Position numbers and translations under genes: made by a program | DNA from: Bdellovibrionota bacterium | GTDB taxonomy: Bacteria; Bdellovibrionota; Bdellovibrionia; Bdellovibrionales; JAEYZS01 | DNA: 58,636 bases | Direction: 5' to 3' | Assembly: GCA_963169805.1 (NCBI GenBank) | Contig: CAUJDY010000019.1 | Span: forward strand, 1-58,636 | The notes under the pieces: model-generated | Told to the model about the DNA's origin: nothing | Database searches by the model: none | Seen by the model: the letters and a program-made list of their open reading frames with translations, nothing else | Shown: positions 57,145 to 58,636 of the stretch, piece by piece | How positions within the stretch are numbered: position 1 is the first letter of the stretch | How the letters are laid out: the number at the start of each line of letters is the position of its first letter

Positions 57145-58470
57145 ATGCAAACTTTTTTGATTAAAGATTCAACGCTAGTGCCCATGGTCCGTTCACATGA
57201 GTTTTTCAAAGCTGATTTGCTAATTGTGAACGGTCGAATTCACAGTATTGGTCATCAACTCAAAGCTCCAAAAGAAGCAATAGAAATAGATGCGACAGAC
57301 TGTTTGACTCTGCCCGGGTTTATACAAGGTCATATTCACCTCGTTCAAAGTTTGCTGAGGCATCAAGCAGATGATTTAGAGCTTTTAGATTGGTTGAAAG
57401 AAAGAACGTGGCCTTATGAAGCATGTCTAGACTCGGAAGATGTGCACGCGGCTGCACAGCTAGGAATTGCAGAACTGCTTTTGGGGGGCACGACAACCAT
57501 TTGTGACTATGGAACAACTCACTCTCATGAGGCGGTGTTCAAGGCCGTTGCAGATATGGGAATTCGATACATTGGTGGAAAAACCATGATGAACCAAGGG
57601 GAACTCGTTCCAAAGAGACTATTGGAAAGCACGGAAAATTCTCTAAGAGAAACCTATGATCTTGGGAAAAAATGGCATCGTCATAAAGATTTAATTTCTT
57701 ATGCAGTCACGCCACGGTTTGCTGTGAGCTGTAGTTCTGATTTAATGAAGCAAGCGGCACAGATTGCTCGGGAGAATAATTGGTATTTGCAGACTCATTC
57801 AAATGAAAATAAATCTGAAATAGAACTTGTTCGAAAAATGACAGGGCTTAGTAATATTGATTTTTTAGAATCTGTAGGTTTTTGTGGAGAAGATACGATT
57901 CTTGCTCACTGTGTTCATGTTACAGAGAGTGAGTTGTCATCTCTTAAAAAGAATAAAACAAGAATTTGTCACTGCCCTGGTTCAAATTTGAAATTAGCTT
58001 CTGGAATAGCCGATATCCCTCGTTTTTTGGACGAAGGGTTAAGAGTTCTTTTAGGGGCAGATGGTGCTCCTTGTAATAATCGCCTGAGTGTATTTCACGA
58101 AATGACACTGACGGCAACGCTCCACAAAGTAAAATTTGGTCCGCAAGCAATGTCTGCATGGAAGACTTTGAGTTTAGTGACTCGAGAGGGTGCGGAGGCT
58201 CTTAGATTGGATTCAGAAATAGGAACGTTGGAAGTGGGAAAGAAGGCAGACATTGTTATAATGAAGAGAAATTCGGTCTCACTTTACCCGAGTGGAGATC
58301 CAGCTTCGCAAATTGTTTATGGAGCGCATCCTCAAGATGTTAACCATGTGTTTATTGATGGTATTCCCCAAGTCATGGACGGAGAGTTGCTCTCGAATTC
58401 TCTTCATGAGATTTTAAAAGAAGCAGAACGTTCATGGAATCATGTAGAAATGAGAATGAAAAAAAGATGA
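57145..58470 (+). CDS. Amidohydrolase-superfamily deaminase (MtaD / SAH-MTA deaminase / chlorohydrolase-like)
   Basis: LPGFIQGHIHLVQSLLRHQADDLELLDWL (HxH metal site), HSNEN, AHCVH and GADGAPCNN fit the ATZ/TRZ-MtaD subgroup. Confidence 0.75.
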   Translation: MQTFLIKDSTLVPMVRSHEFFKADLLIVNGRIHSIGHQLKAPKEAIEIDATDCLTLPGFIQGHIHLVQSLLRHQADDLELLDWLKERTWPYEACLDSEDVHAAAQLGIAELLLGGTTTICDYGTTHSHEAVFKAVADMGIRYIGGKTMMNQGELVPKRLLESTENSLRETYDLGKKWHRHKDLISYAVTPRFAVSCSSDLMKQAAQIARENNWYLQTHSNENKSEIELVRKMTGLSNIDFLESVGFCGEDTILAHCVHVTESELSSLKKNKTRICHCPGSNLKLASGIADIPRFLDEGLRVLLGADGAPCNNRLSVFHEMTLTATLHKVKFGPQAMSAWKTLSLVTREGAEALRLDSEIGTLEVGKKADIVIMKRNSVSLYPSGDPASQIVYGAHPQDVNHVFIDGIPQVMDGELLSNSLHEILKEAERSWNHVEMRMKKR

Positions 58471-58636
58471 TAAAGAATTGGCTTCGTAAAAAAATAATTG
58501 ACCCCTTGATTCTCTTATTACAACAAGGAGTCACTGTTGAAAAACTATCGTGGTCATTAGCGGCTGGCCTTGTTTTGGGGTGTATTCCCATACTCGGGGT
58601 TACTAGTACATTGTGCTTTATTGTTGCCATAGTTTT
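58467..58636 (+). CDS. DUF2062-like membrane protein (5' part only; runs off the window; absent from ORF track)
   Basis: ATGA overlap with the upstream stop. My translation is MIKNWLRKKIIDPLILLLQQGVTVEKLSWSLAAGLVLGCIPILGVTSTLCFIVAIV, which resembles the DUF2062 N-terminus. Confidence 0.5.
   Translation, partial: MIKNWLRKKIIDPLILLLQQGVTVEKLSWSLAAGLVLGCIPILGVTSTLCFIVAIV

Overview
AT-rich bacterial chromosomal window, densely coding on both strands and mostly housekeeping. The gene content and an FQNC-type lipobox suggest a Bdellovibrio-like or Oligoflexia organism, but that placement is tentative. Recognisable blocks are: competence genes (a split comEC and dprA); the cell-shape operon mreC-mreD-mrdA-rodA; trxA; hmgA with a dadA-like gene; hemF; rpmG (missed by the ORF track); a TAT-exported HiPIP; an EamA-CDF transporter pair; dcd; the heat-shock pair clpB/hsp20; ridA; a lysine/DAP cluster (dapD, mpaA-like, lysC, lysA); hflX; maeB; and fadI/fadJ-like beta-oxidation genes. 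There are also several secreted or outer-membrane proteins. No rRNA, tRNA, CRISPR array, transposase or integrase was found. The most unusual items are: (1) a secreted subtilisin (S8) protease joined through one TM helix to a C-terminal cytoplasmic PilZ-like domain; (2) a two-gene operon encoding an exported, aromatic-free, Cys/Lys/Gly-rich mini-protein translationally coupled to a possible DUF2063/HvfC-like protein, with no MNIO maturase nearby; (3) a 46-bp perfect palindrome just upstream of that operon; (4) other long perfect inverted repeats (one MITE-like) whose outer ends share AAGGTRC; and (5) ComEC split into two overlapping ORFs. All family calls come from motif recognition by eye. 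No database search was run.
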